The notes under the pieces are model-generated. The model made no database searches and had not been told where the DNA came from. It saw nothing but the letters and a program-made list of their open reading frames with translations. DNA of 64,000 bases, from positions 77,319,817-77,383,816 of the forward strand of contig NC_068991.1 of the NCBI RefSeq assembly GCF_001194135.2, given 5' to 3'. This DNA is from Octopus bimaculoides. Lineage: Eukaryota. The position numbers and the translations under genes are program-made. Below are positions 52,320 through 64,000 of the stretch, piece by piece (position 1 is the stretch's first letter; the number at the start of each line of letters is the position of its first letter).

Positions 52320-54140
52320 TATATTAATGGATCAAATAAGAGGAGTAAAGATGTTTATTCCATTAGTTGACAGCTGTTTCATAATCTGTGTCAGTTGCAT
52401 GAGCAATGATAAATCATCTGTCATACATATGCATACATACACACACACCCACACCCATAAATATAATTATGTTGTAACATAATAATCAGACTATACTTCA
52501 GCACATTTCATGGCAAGTTAAAACACTGGATTCTGCTATGAACAGAAAATAGTTTCATTACATAGTCAGAGACAATAAATGTATCTGACGGATTTCACTC
52601 TTTACAAATACTAGATTTTCCATATATGGAGTGCACTAAGGAAGTGAAGACAGTAGTCCTAAATAGAAATCCAGGATACAATGAGATAAAGTAAATATAA
52701 AAAATGAAATTCTGTAGTATCTAAGTGAGTAAACCATATGATAACAAAAAATAAAAAAATAAGATAAATAAATGGATAAACAAAGAAATAGAAACAAAGA
52801 AAGAAATGCGATCTAATGATTGAAATAGGATCTAACGATTGAAATAGGATCTAACGATTGAAAATGGAGGCCTAAAAACAATGCATATTTTTAGTAGAGG
52901 CACTTAGATGCATAACAAAGTGGCCTAAAGTATTGAAGTTTTATGCACAACTGATTTAGAAGGTCAGACATGTCATTCTGAGACCAATGACAATGGCATC
53001 AACATACACACCCACACACTTATGCCTCATATAAATGTTCCCCTGCACACGTATTCATACTTCCTCGTTCCATTGTCATCAACCTCGCTGGTTCCATTCC
53101 TGTCAACGTCACTATTGTGACTCTCTCTCTCTCTCAATTTCTCCTTGTTGACTCCTTGCTGACTCCCTTGTTGCCATCCCCTTTGGCTGCATCAGTGAGT
53201 CCTTTCCTATCACATTCACTTCATCCTGCTTCTTTTGCAGGCCCTGGCATGTTTAGTTTATATCCTGCTATCAATGGGTCAGTTGATTAATTGCTTATTC
53301 AATGTAACTAAGATGGTTTACCAAACAACAGAGAAAATAACCGATATCTCTAAGGAAGATTCATAAATCATAAATGGTTTAAAAACCATTAATTTATAAA
53401 AACTGAAATAACATTGCATGATATTTAAGAATTTATAAGATGTTTTTAAATCACTGAGTGAAGTGGATATTATAGTTTCAAATTGTAGTTTTTTGTTTTA
53501 AATTTCAAATCCAGTCATTATTGGCTCCAGCATTCATTCTTCAATGGATTTTTAAGATAATTACAGTTATACACAAAAGGTGATTGCCATGACTATACTT
53601 CTCTTTTACAAAATATTGTCCTTTCTCTTTGTCAAAAGGGAAAAAGGAATTAATATTGAAGATGTTCAAATTCATGAAATTCAAGACTTTAAAGGTATTG
53701 CACCATTTAGTTTTTGTCCTTCAAGATTCCAAAGGATTTCATTTTGTATTTCATCCTTCATATATGGGATCCATGAAACCAAGTAGAGTGTTTTATACTT
53801 CAGTTTCCTTGCATGTCTAAAAAATCCTGAACAAAGGCATAAATTTTATGTCCACCTTTATTCTTTATAAACACATAAAACTGTAGCCGCTTTTGTGCGT
53901 GTTTCTGGTGAATGCAATGAATTACTTAGTTTCCTTGCAAAACAATATGGTAACTCATTTTCTTTTTTAATTCTTTAACGAAGACTTATCATTTCTAACA
54001 GACTGTTCGATAAATACCTTTGAAAAAGCATGAAAATCACTGTCTCCATTATTTTTGTTGCCTTCATTAAAAGAATGGACAAAAAGTTAAATATTTTCAA
54101 TATTAAAGTAGATATTTCTTGGTGTTCATTCCAGCATTTG

Positions 54141-54183
<43 letters not shown>

Positions 54184-54694
54184 ACACACAAACACACATG
54201 CACATGCACACTTGGCAAGTCAGATAAGTGCATGCATGAAACTTTCAGCTCTTGAGTCACTTATGTAGCTTTACAGCAAAATAAACACACACACACACAC
54301 ACACATACATGCACACACGCCCACACACAAATAATAGTTACAGTATCCTAATAAAAGAGAGAAAAACAATTATTCAATGTTTTAATTTTAATAAACCCAA
54401 ATTATGAAGCAATAAATAAAGTACAAAAAAAAAATCACATTTACATTAATATTTACTATAAACATAATTATTTAATGTCTAATGTTTTACCATTAATTTA
54501 AGAAAAACATTTTCATTCCATAATTGAAGCTTATTATTAGTAAAATATTCAATAGATTTGTTTTCTCTTTTTTGTCATCGTTGTTGTAGCTTTTGTCAGT
54601 CTTTTCATCTTTAACTGTTTGATTTGATATTGTTTTTTACATCTCTCACAAGTATTGTACAACCTCTGTTTCATCCCTGTCACCCCCTATTGTA

Positions 54695-55017
54695 CGAGGG
54701 TGAGTCAAAAAGTGATGCCATTTTGTTTAGGACAGGTATAATTACCAGCACAGGAACATGTATCCTACATCAAAATGAAGCTGGTCCTCTGTGGATCACA
54801 TCCCTACTTCTCAACATAGTCACTGTTTCTCTCAATAGCAATGTTCCACCTTCGAATGAGAGCATGTATCCCTGCCCCGTAAAATTCTGTTGACTGTTCT
54901 GAGCCACTTCTTCACTACAGTTTTCACTTCCTCGTCACTGGACTATCATCATCACTGTACTATCATCGTCATTGGACTATCATCTCTTTGGCCCCATGAA
55001 AGAGGGTTTGAGAGGCA
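54695..55017. mobile_element. Rearranged mariner 3' end (inverted pieces)
   Basis: TA|CGAGGGTGAGTCAAAAAGTGATG TIR, minus-strand C-terminus (SDEEVKTVVKKWL…IHALIRRWNIAIERNSDYVEK), joined to plus-strand DYHLFGPMKEGLRG. Confidence 0.85.
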
Positions 55018-55754
55018 TCCCTAAAACTCCCCACAAATCATGTAGTTGAGGAAAGTACTTCAAGGAATCAGTTTCTACACTAAATATGAACATGGTAAGG
55101 TCTCACAAATGTAATATTATAAGAATTTTGACCAGCTGTAATTATTCAAGTAATTAGAAGATAAAAGAACCCCCCCTCTAATGGTGTTTAAGGTCTAAAA
55201 GCCACATGTGAAAGGAAGAATTCCCATAAGAGTTGACAACTGAAATATTTGGACAATATAGACAACAGGGATTGGAGTGGATCTGGTCTTTAAAGGCAGC
55301 AGCTGAAACCAACAGTCCTAGCTCTTTACAGTTTGAGTCCTCTAGCTCTTTGCATGCTGAGTCCTCTAGCTCTTTGCATGCTGTGTCCTAGCTCTTTGCA
55401 GTCTAAGTTCAAAACCTACTGAGTGGGTCACATATATAATACATAGAGTTCACCACACATTTAACGACACCATCTGATAGATCATGGATATTACAATTCC
55501 TTCTGATTAAGCAAAACAAAAAATTGTCCACTCAACCCCTGCCCCTCTACTATGCAACTTTGGACTTCATACAGTGCTGATTGGGTTGCTTGAGTATCAG
55601 AAGCTGACAACTATTTCTAATGAGCCTTTCTTGGTAATTGAATCAGTTAACTTCTTAGATGCTCTTTCTGCTAACTACTTTTGTGCATTATTACACATGA
55701 AATACTTCTTTACTGGATATTCCAATGATATTCCACTACACCATTTTGTGTACC

Positions 55755-55809
55755 AGGTTGGAACTCTGTACTGTGTTTACATTGGACACACAGTACAGAG
55801 TTCCAACCT
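55755..55809. repeat. Perfect 22 bp hairpin with an 11 nt loop
   Basis: AGGTTGGAACTCTGTACTGTGT-TTACATTGGAC-ACACAGTACAGAGTTCCAACCT. Confidence 0.95.
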
Positions 55810-56126
55810 ACATCCTTTCTATACGCTAAGCATGTCTACTTTCCTGTTGGTAGTAGTGTCCCAAATCATATGCACACATGCAAGCACATGTGCACATTCA
55901 CATACACATACACATATGCACACAAACACACTTATACATGTGCACATCCACATAGACACATACATGCACACACACACTCATGTATATTTGATCTGAGAGT
56001 GGACATAAATAGGCAGAATACAATGAGAATGCTTTAGTTTCTTTATCATTGTCTTTCCTGTCTGTGCTCCAACTCAGATTAAATATACAAATGTATTATT
56101 TGATCATTGATAATCTATTAATTAAT

Positions 56127-56168
<42 letters not shown>

Positions 56169-56469
56169 TGAATGAGTGCAGATGGTCAAATCAATAATGT
56201 TTTGTAGAATCAACCAATGAGTTGATGGTTCATATCCTGTTACTTCCACTATGTTTTATTATGTAACCAAGGCAAAGTCCTACCAACGTAGCTAACACTA
56301 ATTAGAAATATCTCACCATTGTAAAATTGACAAGCAGTTTTTTTGTCTTGCACTGATGCTGTCAATTCCTGTTGCTGTGGTTAAGCAATGTGATGGAGTG
56401 AGATGAAGCATTTTAATTTATGGATATTACTCATTAGTCAGATTGTTAGTGAGGTCCTCTTGTTCAAAG

Positions 56470-56745
56470 AACATCAGGCTTCAAGTGCCAGGTCATAAGC
56501 CTCATCTCACAAGATCATCTTCCAGTTCTGCCAACCAGTTCTTCTTCTGATGCCCTTTTTTCCTGGGACCACATGGAGACCACTCAAAACACTGGTGTGG
56601 AAATCAAGAGGGACCATCCTAAGGGACACAGCCAAGCCACTTCATCCTCCTACTGGTTACCAACTGACTTAGTGTGTATGAGATCCCTAATCTTCCTAGC
56701 ACTGGTGTATCTTATGCTGCATTTTGTTGGAAGATGTTCAGTTTT
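56470..56745 (-). mobile_element. RTE-type LINE C-terminal relic
   Basis: Minus-strand RRMKWLGCVLRM…HQCFEWSPCGPRKKG..KKNWLAELEDDL, similar to RTE LRWLGHVLRM…W.P.G.R.RG. Confidence 0.7.
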
Positions 56746-57164
56746 GTGTCTATGACCTTAGTCAGAGGTCATGACTCACGGCTAAAGAGAATGTTAGGCG
56801 AAGAGATGGAGGGGAAAAAATCATCACTTTAATTAGTAATTCTCACCAAGCAAAGTAAGGAAGATGGCTTTGAAGTTTGAATTAACTGGAATTAAATGTT
56901 GACCTGCAATGAGTACTTACGCAAGTTTGACGACAACTTCAGGTATGTTTTGATTTTGTTAGATTGCTTCAGTAAACTATAGAATTTAGTCATACCTATT
57001 GGAGCTGAGATGGCTGAGAGATATAAATAGAGTGAATAAATGTTGGCTGGAAGTTGTGGATCGGGGGAGAGAAAGAAAGACTTAGTGCTTGTGTGGTGTA
57101 CCCACTGTAGTCCTATAAGTTATGGGTCTTACCTTATGCTTATCAATGTATGTATAAGAGCAGG

Positions 57165-57290
57165 CATTGTTGTGTGGGAATGAAGTTTGTCTTGCAGCCA
57201 CATTGCTCTGGGGTCAATCCCACTGCAAGGCACCTTTGGCAAATGTCTTCTACTGTAGCCTCAGATTGAACTTATGTCTTATGAATGGCA
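57165..57290 (+). mobile_element. SINE family B head fragment
   Basis: GGGGTCAATCCCACTGCAAGGCACCTTTGGCAAATGTCTTCTACTGTAGCCTCAG. Confidence 0.65.
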
Positions 57291-57307
57291 CATTGCATGT
57301 GTGCAAG

Positions 57308-57346
<39 letters not shown>

Positions 57347-58351
57347 CACTGACACAAATCAGCAAAAGATATATCATCCTCAAAATTAATGATTTCAAAT
57401 AAAAATTCCTTGTGGTTTCCTTTCACCAAAGTTTCTCTTTTGTAATTCCTGCCATTAAAAGTAATGAACCAGTGTTTGGCTTCTGGGCCTATAAGAGTGG
57501 GGTTCAGTCAAGGACTAGAAAACCATCGAGGGCCTTTTCTTAAAAAAGCACAAAACTACTTAATAATAATGTTACATGCTAATTCAATACATAATTAATT
57601 TAATTAATTAATTAATTAATTAATTAATTTAACCAGTATCAGCAGCAGCAGCAGCTATATAACTCAGATTAGCGATATATTTAGTGAAATTGAATCAGTA
57701 CCATATTCCTGTTCTGTGGTGTATCATTAGCATCATCCTAATAGTATTACCAATAGCTTAGCAAGTCTTCAAGGTCAAACAGTCCAACCGTTTCTGAAGA
57801 ATGGTCCAAATCTTAGGGATCCTTTCTCTTCTCTCTATCTTTTTCTCTTCTTTTCTTTTATTACTTTCAGTGTTTTATCTTCCTTGCAAACACGCATCCA
57901 CAGAAGCATTCATTAAAAGCATGCTTGTATTCACAAATACGTGATTGCACACAGGCATATATAGACATTCATATGCACATATATGCACACGTGCATGCAT
58001 GCTCATACACATCTAGATTCACAGACACGTTCCTGCAGGTAAGCGTACATATTCTCACATGCCAAAAAATACGACTACATGCACATTGAAATATTTTTTC
58101 TGTTAAACTTGGCACCTCAATCTTTTCAGCCTACACAAGACATTGACGAGTGGCAGTGTTATAATCCGTTGTGTAGGTTGAGACAATCATAATGCTAAGT
58201 CTTAGATTAAAAATAAATGTAAATCTTCAAATTCACACATTGAAATATGATGATATACACATTTACACCAATGCTCTTTATACTCCAGCTCTATACATTC
58301 ACAGTTCAGTTTCTATTTCATGTCAATGACCTCAACTTGATAGGAAACATG

Positions 58352-58661
58352 TTGTTGTTGGCACTCCGTCGCTTACGACGTCGAGGGTTCCAGTTGATCT
58401 GATCAACAGAACAGCCTACTCGTGAAATTAACGTGCAAGTGGCTGAGCACTCCACAGACACGTGTACCCTTAATGTAGTTCTCAGGGATATTCAGCATGA
58501 CACAGTGTGACAAGGCTGACCCTTTGAATTACAGGTACAACAGAAAGAGGAAGTAAGGGTGAGAGAAAGTTGTGGTGAAAGAGTACTGCAGGGTTCGCCA
58601 CCATCCCCTGCCGGAGCCTTGCGGGGCTTTAGGTGTTTTTGCTCAATAAACACTCACAATC
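58352..58661 (-). mobile_element. SINE-like repeat, family E, with (AAC)n tail, 5' truncated
   Basis: Reverse complement TTGTGAGTGTTTATTGAGC…GGAACCCTCGACGTCGTAAGCGACGGAGTGCCAACAACAAC. GC-richer than the flanks, single copy in this window. Confidence 0.6.
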
Positions 58662-58980
58662 CACCCCTAAACAATCCTCTGCCACCTTCAGTATGACCCT
58701 ACAACCTCTTGTTATTTTCCTTCTTCTAATCACATCATCCTCTCAAATGCTTTTATGATAGGAGAGTTTTGTGACAGTAAACAAGAAATCACTGTGAGTG
58801 ACTTATCTCCCTTTTTAAAACCTGGGATGAATTAGACTGGGGCAGAAAAGGTTCAAGAATAGAAGCTGAGTTTAGAAACCTTCTCCATTGGACGATTAAC
58901 GGAGAAAGTAACTTTGTGCTAGATGTTCAGGAGTAATAAACATATAGGAAATAAATTTTCTTGAATGTCCAAGAGGAACC

Positions 58981-59529
58981 TTACTCTTTTACTCTTTTAC
59001 TTGTTTCAGTCATTTGACTGTGGCCATGCTGGAGCACCGCCTTTAGTCGAGCAAATCGACCCCAGGACTTATTCTTTGGATGCCTAGTACTTATTCTATC
59101 AGTCTCTTTTGCCGAACCGCTAAGTTACGGGGACGTAAACACACCAGCATCGGTTGTCAAGCGATGTTGGAGGGACAAACACAGACACATATACATATAN
59201 NNNNNNNNNNNNNNNNNNNNNNNNNNNNNNNNNNNNNNNNNNNNNNNNNNNNNNNNNNNNNNNNNNNNNNNNNNNNNNNNNNNNNNNNNNNNNNNNNNNN
59301 NNNNNNNNNNNNNNNNNNNNNNNNNNNNNNNNNNNNNNNNNNNNNTATATACATATATATATATATATACATATATACGATAGGCTTCTTTCAGTTTCCG
59401 TCTACCAAATCCACTCCCAAGGCTTTGGTCGGCTCGAGGCTATAGTAGAAGGTACTTGCCCAAGGTGCCATGCAATGGGACTGAACCCGGAACAATGTGG
59501 TTGGTAGGCAAGCTACTTACCACACAGCC
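58981..59529 (-). mobile_element. Young-looking full-length SINE family B with an N gap in its internal microsatellite
   Basis: Intact tail (TTACTCTTT repeats, GTTTCAGTCATTTGACTG) and head (GGCTGTGTGGTAAG), with CpGs retained. Confidence 0.9.
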
Positions 59530-59827
59530 GGAGAAGAAGAAGAAGTAAATTGTTTCTGTTACCCAGGTAACCGAATTAGTAGTGGTGCAAGATGTTCTGA
59601 GAATTCTAGCATATTGTAGGTTCTTATTTCTTTGTCCTTGCGATTATCTTTCTGATAGATTTCATTATAGTGTGTCCTAGCTACGTATGTATGTATGTAT
59701 GTATGTATGTATGTATGTATGTATGTATGTATGTATGTATGTATGTATGTGTGTGTGTATGTGGTGCTCCAGCATTGCCACAGCCTTAGAGCAGAAACAT
59801 GTAAAAGAATGAAAGAATATATCACCC

Positions 59828-60010
59828 TTTAATATGTGTTTTCCATGCTGGCATGGGTTGGATTGTTTGGCAAGGGTTGGCAAGGCTGGAGAGCTACCCA
59901 GGCTTCATTTGTCTGTTTTGGCATGGTTTCTATGGCTGGATGCCCTTCCTAATGCCAAACACTTCACAGAATGTCCTGGGTGCTTTTTGCATGGCACCAG
60001 CACCCACAGG
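59828..60010 (-). mobile_element. Family C-related repeat fragment
   Basis: TTTTCCATGCTGGCATGGGTTGG…GGCTGGATGCCCTTCCTAATGCCAA…GGTGCTTTTTGCATGGCAC. Confidence 0.7.
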
Positions 60011-60064
60011 CCCTCAAGACAAGGATCTCTTGACTGAGAGAGGGATGAAGAGAACATGCATGGA

Positions 60065-60110
<46 letters not shown>

Positions 60111-60539
60111 TCATCATCATTGTGATATATGTGTGTGTGTATATGTTTGTGTGTGTGTGACTGTTTCCATGCATATAGGCATATATGTAAAAAAAATACC
60201 ATCATTGTCATTTTAATGTACAATTTTCCATGTTTATTTGGATTAAACAGAATTTGTTGAGGCAAATTTTTCTCTTCCCTTCCTGTTGCCAAACCTCACC
60301 AAGTTAAAAGATATTTTCCCATTGTTCAGAAATGTTTTCTGGGAAGACTGGAAATGGATGACACCTCTTGTCTGACAGTGACTTCTATAATGTGATGTTG
60401 AGATGAGGACACAAAAACACACATACACAAACATATGCACACACAGACACATGCATGCACTCACGCACACACACACACACATGCACACACACACACGTAA
60501 ATAGATGTTTATTCAATTATATATACATATATTTTTTTA

Positions 60540-60793
60540 TTATTTTACTTGTTTCAGTCATTTGGCTGCGGTCATACTGGGGCACCACCTTCAGCTGAAC
60601 AAATTGATTCCAGGACTTATTTTTTGTGAGCCTAGTACTTATTCTGTCAGTCTGTTTTTCTGAACTGCTAAGTTACGGGGATGTAAACACACCAACATCA
60701 GTTTTCAAGCGATGTGGAGGGGGACAAACATCCACACACACACCCAAATGCACACACACACACCCACCCAAATACACACACACACACACACAC
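60540..60793 (-). mobile_element. SINE family B 3' half, running into an N gap
   Basis: TTTTACTTGTTTCAGTCATTTGGCTGCGG…GCTAAGTTACGGGGATGTAAACACACCAAC. Confidence 0.8.
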
Positions 60794-61159
60794 NNNNNNN
60801 NNNNNNNNNNNNNNNNNNNNNNNNNNNNNNNNNNNNNNNNNNNNNNNNNNNNNNNNNNNNNNNNNNNNNNNNNNNNNNNNNNNNNNNNNNNNNNNNNNNN
60901 NNNNNNNNNNNNNNNNNNNNNNNNNNNNNNNNNNNNNNNNNNNNNNNNNNNNNNNNNNNNNNNNNNNNNNNNNNNNNNNNNNNNNNNNNNNNNNNNNNNN
61001 NNNNNNNNNNNNNNNNNNNNNNNNNNNNNNNNNNNNNNNNNNNNNNNNNNNNNNNNNNNNNNNNNNNNNNNNNNNNNNNNNNNNNNNNNNNNNNNNNNNN
61101 NNNNNNNNNNNNTATATGTGTGTGTGTGTGTGTGTGTATGTATGTACACAGTCACGCAT

Positions 61160-61192
<33 letters not shown>

Positions 61193-61619
61193 ATGCTGCC
61201 TACTGAACACGAGTTATAGTTATGGAAACCTGCAATCATTTACTTTCCCTGACACACATTCATACGCACACATTTATAGGCACTGTTACACACGACAACC
61301 TGGTAGACTTATCCACCCTTACACTGGGCACTCATAATTATGCATGTCCCGAAACCAGCAATTCATCGCTAAACATACAATTTAAAAATTACAAACACTT
61401 ACACAAATGAACAAAAACATACACATCCACGTATACATATATATATATATATATATATATTCATGGTTAAAAGGGACACATAGCCATTGCGAGAGACACA
61501 CGCTGCCTTTAACATGCGTATCTTTTGAGCTGTACCTTATCCCCAGCCTCGAGTCTTCCTTACGCGCTCGTGCACAGCACCAATATGCACAGCTACATCA
61601 ACCGTTTGCTCTGGTCCAT

Positions 61620-62653
61620 ATTTGCCACTGAACAGAAACACCAACAGCATCACCACTTCTCTCAACGTTAACGCCACCTCCACCATCACACCCACGACCA
61701 CCACTACTTTTACCATCATTACCAATACCACAAGTCACCGCAGCCACCACTGCTACCATCATACCCCCCCCACACACACACACTCCCTGTTGTCATCACC
61801 AAAATACCATTGCTAACTAAACAGTTACCATCAACAACTCAACCATGACAATCACCACCGTTGACAATAGCATCCCTTCTATCACCCAGATAACAACAAC
61901 AACAACAACAGCTGTAAGCCAATGCGGGAGCCTCTACATGGTCCCTCAGTTCGCTAGAAACAGCAGCTGGGTCTCCCTGAAATCACTCACCTGCCATTTT
62001 AAATAGGAAAGAAGAAGAAAAACAAAAAAATCATTGGATAATGTAGTCGTAGACACTCATAAAAAGAAGTCAGGTTGGTCATGGCTGGAATGTCTTTGCT
62101 TCAAAGTCTGCTCAGCCAGGGCTGACCTAGGGCATGCATACCTACAACACTTCTTCTTTCACCATTCGCTATGCCTCCTCCTCCTCTTCCTTCTCCCCCC
62201 CTCCTCTTCCTCCTACCCTTGCAACAGTGCAACAGTACACTGTCCGCCATAATCGTGCAGTTCCCTGTCTTCATCCCTGACTGCAGTTCACATCGCTTCG
62301 CTTGCTAACTTGCCTCTGCCGTCATCTCCAATAACAACAGCATCATCATCGTCGCCGTCGTCATCATTACCACCGCCGCCGCCGTCATCGGCATCATCAT
62401 CGTCATCATCATCAGCATTAACAACAACAACAACTACAACAATAGCAGTAACAAGTCAATAGTGGTAGCAACAACAGCACCAGCAGCAGCAGTAGAAACA
62501 ACAATGATATCAATAGCAGCAGCTGTTACAATGGTACCAATAGCTGTGGTTACTACATCAAANNNNNNNNNNAGCAGTAGAAACAACAATGATATCAATA
62601 GCAGCAGCTGTTACAATGGTACCAATAGCTGTGGTTACTACATCAAAACCTTG

Positions 62654-62692
<39 letters not shown>

Positions 62693-63097
62693 GCATCACC
62701 TACAACAACAACAACAACTGCAGAGCGCAGGATCGGAGCCATTGGTAGCAACTGCGGCAGCAACAGCTACGCTAATAGAAACAGCAAGAGTAAAGACGAC
62801 AACAACAACAGCATTTATAGTAATGTCATCAACAGCAGCAGCAGCAGCAGCAGCGAAATCTACCACATCGGCAGTAACAGCACCATCGGCAATGACAGCA
62901 GCAGAAATGTAAACGGCAATAAGTGCAAGAACATTATTAGCTGTAATAACAACAAACAGCGGCAGCAGCAGCAGCAGCAGCAGAAGCAGCAGCAGCGGCA
63001 GCAGCGGCAACTGTGCCAGTAATATCAACAGCGGTACCGAGAGCCGACAGCAGCAACAGCAGAGGCAGCAACAGCAGTGTTAACTGGAGCAACAACA

Positions 63098-63130
<33 letters not shown>

Positions 63131-63310
63131 GCAGCAGCAGCAGCAGCAGCAGTGATAGCTCTGATGATCAGAACAGCAGCATTGCAAGGCGGCGGCGGCG
63201 GCAGCAGCAACAGCACCAGCAGCAATCACAACAACAACAGCAGCAACAGGCATAGCAACAGCAACGTAGATAGAAAACAACAACAACAGCAACAACAAAT
63301 TAACAGTAGA
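61620..63310. repeat. Mosaic trinucleotide low-complexity region (CAG/CAA/CAT/GCC/TAC)
   Basis: Successive runs of different triplets. All frames give homopolymeric peptides broken by stops. Confidence 0.85.
61911..62135. mobile_element. Dispersed repeat family D (related decayed copies near 8620-8710, 15330-15470 and 31900-32030)
   Basis: Shared GGTCATGGCTGGAATG and CTAGAAA.AGCAGC segments between these loci. Confidence 0.5.
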
Positions 63311-63344
63311 CGTAGTGATTATGATGGTACGATGTTTCCCTATT

Positions 63345-63606
63345 TACTCCCTCTCTCTCTCTCTCTCTCTCTTTCCCTGTCTCTCTCCGTCTCGTCCTCT
63401 CTCTCTCTCTGCTTCATACACTCATTCTGTCACTAAACCATCTCCCACCCATCAGCAGCCAATCTACCTCTATCCTTCTCTCTCTCTCTCTAACTTTGTT
63501 ACTTTTCTCTTTCTATCTCTCATCTTCTCCTTCCTCTTTTATACACTCACCTTCTCTTTATCACATACCTCTACTCCCTCTAATATCTTACCTTTACTCC
63601 CTCTCC

Positions 63607-63640
<34 letters not shown>

Positions 63641-63937
63641 CTCTTCTGAATTTCTCACTTTTCTTAACTCATTGTTTCTTCTATTTTCACTTTCTTAATG
63701 TTTCCTCTTCCTTTCCCTCTCCCTCTCCCTCTCTCTCTTCATCTAACTTTCACTTTTTTTCATTTAATTTCACTTTCTTAATACCCTTTTCTATTCATCT
63801 CTCCCTCCCCCTCCCTCTCACTTTGTCATTTTGCAGCTCTATCATTCTACTTTCACTTTCATAATATCTCTCTTCCTATCTATTTTGTATTAACTTTTGC
63901 TTTGTCTTACTTATCTTTACTTTTACTATCATTACTC

Positions 63938-63973
<36 letters not shown>

Positions 63974-64000
63974 CGTCTTTACTGATGTCTCTTTCTACCA
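63345..64000. repeat. Polypyrimidine/(CT)n-rich low-complexity tract
   Basis: Strongly C/T-skewed + strand with (CT)n runs. Confidence 0.85.

Noticed and set aside
52810-52866. Short tandem repeats (19 bp x3 here, ~24 bp x4 at 55318-55400, 16 bp x4 near 39520-39583)
   Set aside because: There are no unique spacers and the context is eukaryotic, so these are slippage minisatellites, not CRISPR.
53241-53277. Exon candidate ALACLVYILLSM (also 51119 YPHKQ… and 57871-58038)
   Set aside because: Weak donors or simple-repeat content, and poor fit to the PH helix. They cannot be supported without RNA data.
62488-62647. 75 bp direct repeat on either side of a 10-N gap (a similar 13 bp case occurs at ~31185-31220)
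   Set aside because: Identical sequence at both contig ends indicates an unmerged overlap, an assembly artefact.

Overview
This is eukaryotic, AT-rich genomic scaffold, dense in microsatellites and broken by many N gaps. The SINE families and repeat landscape look like octopus (coleoid cephalopod), which is an inference from repeat content only. Most of the window appears to be very large introns of a + strand gene. Three small exons (about 18.8-18.9 kb, 34601-34639 and 46819-46849) splice in frame into a peptide with PH-domain spacing (…F-x-I-x4-K-x-Y-x-L-x-G-x-T-x3-R-x2-W). The introns hold several tRNA-derived SINE families with shuffled heads and tails, five rearranged or deleted mariner derivatives, RTE-type LINE relics, a ~2 kb R4/Dong LINE next to a (TAA)n tract, and a probable Penelope-like RT relic. 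The most interesting observations are: a well-formed minimal type I hammerhead ribozyme (19702-19762, minus strand) plus decayed hammerhead-like motifs, two of them in ~180 bp direct repeats; several long inverted repeats and hairpins, including a pre-miRNA-sized perfect 22 bp stem; and an apparent frameshift in the first PH exon. No rRNA, true tRNA or CRISPR was seen. Almost all ORFs in the supplied track are microsatellite or N-gap artefacts. Repeat boundaries are approximate and were set by eye.
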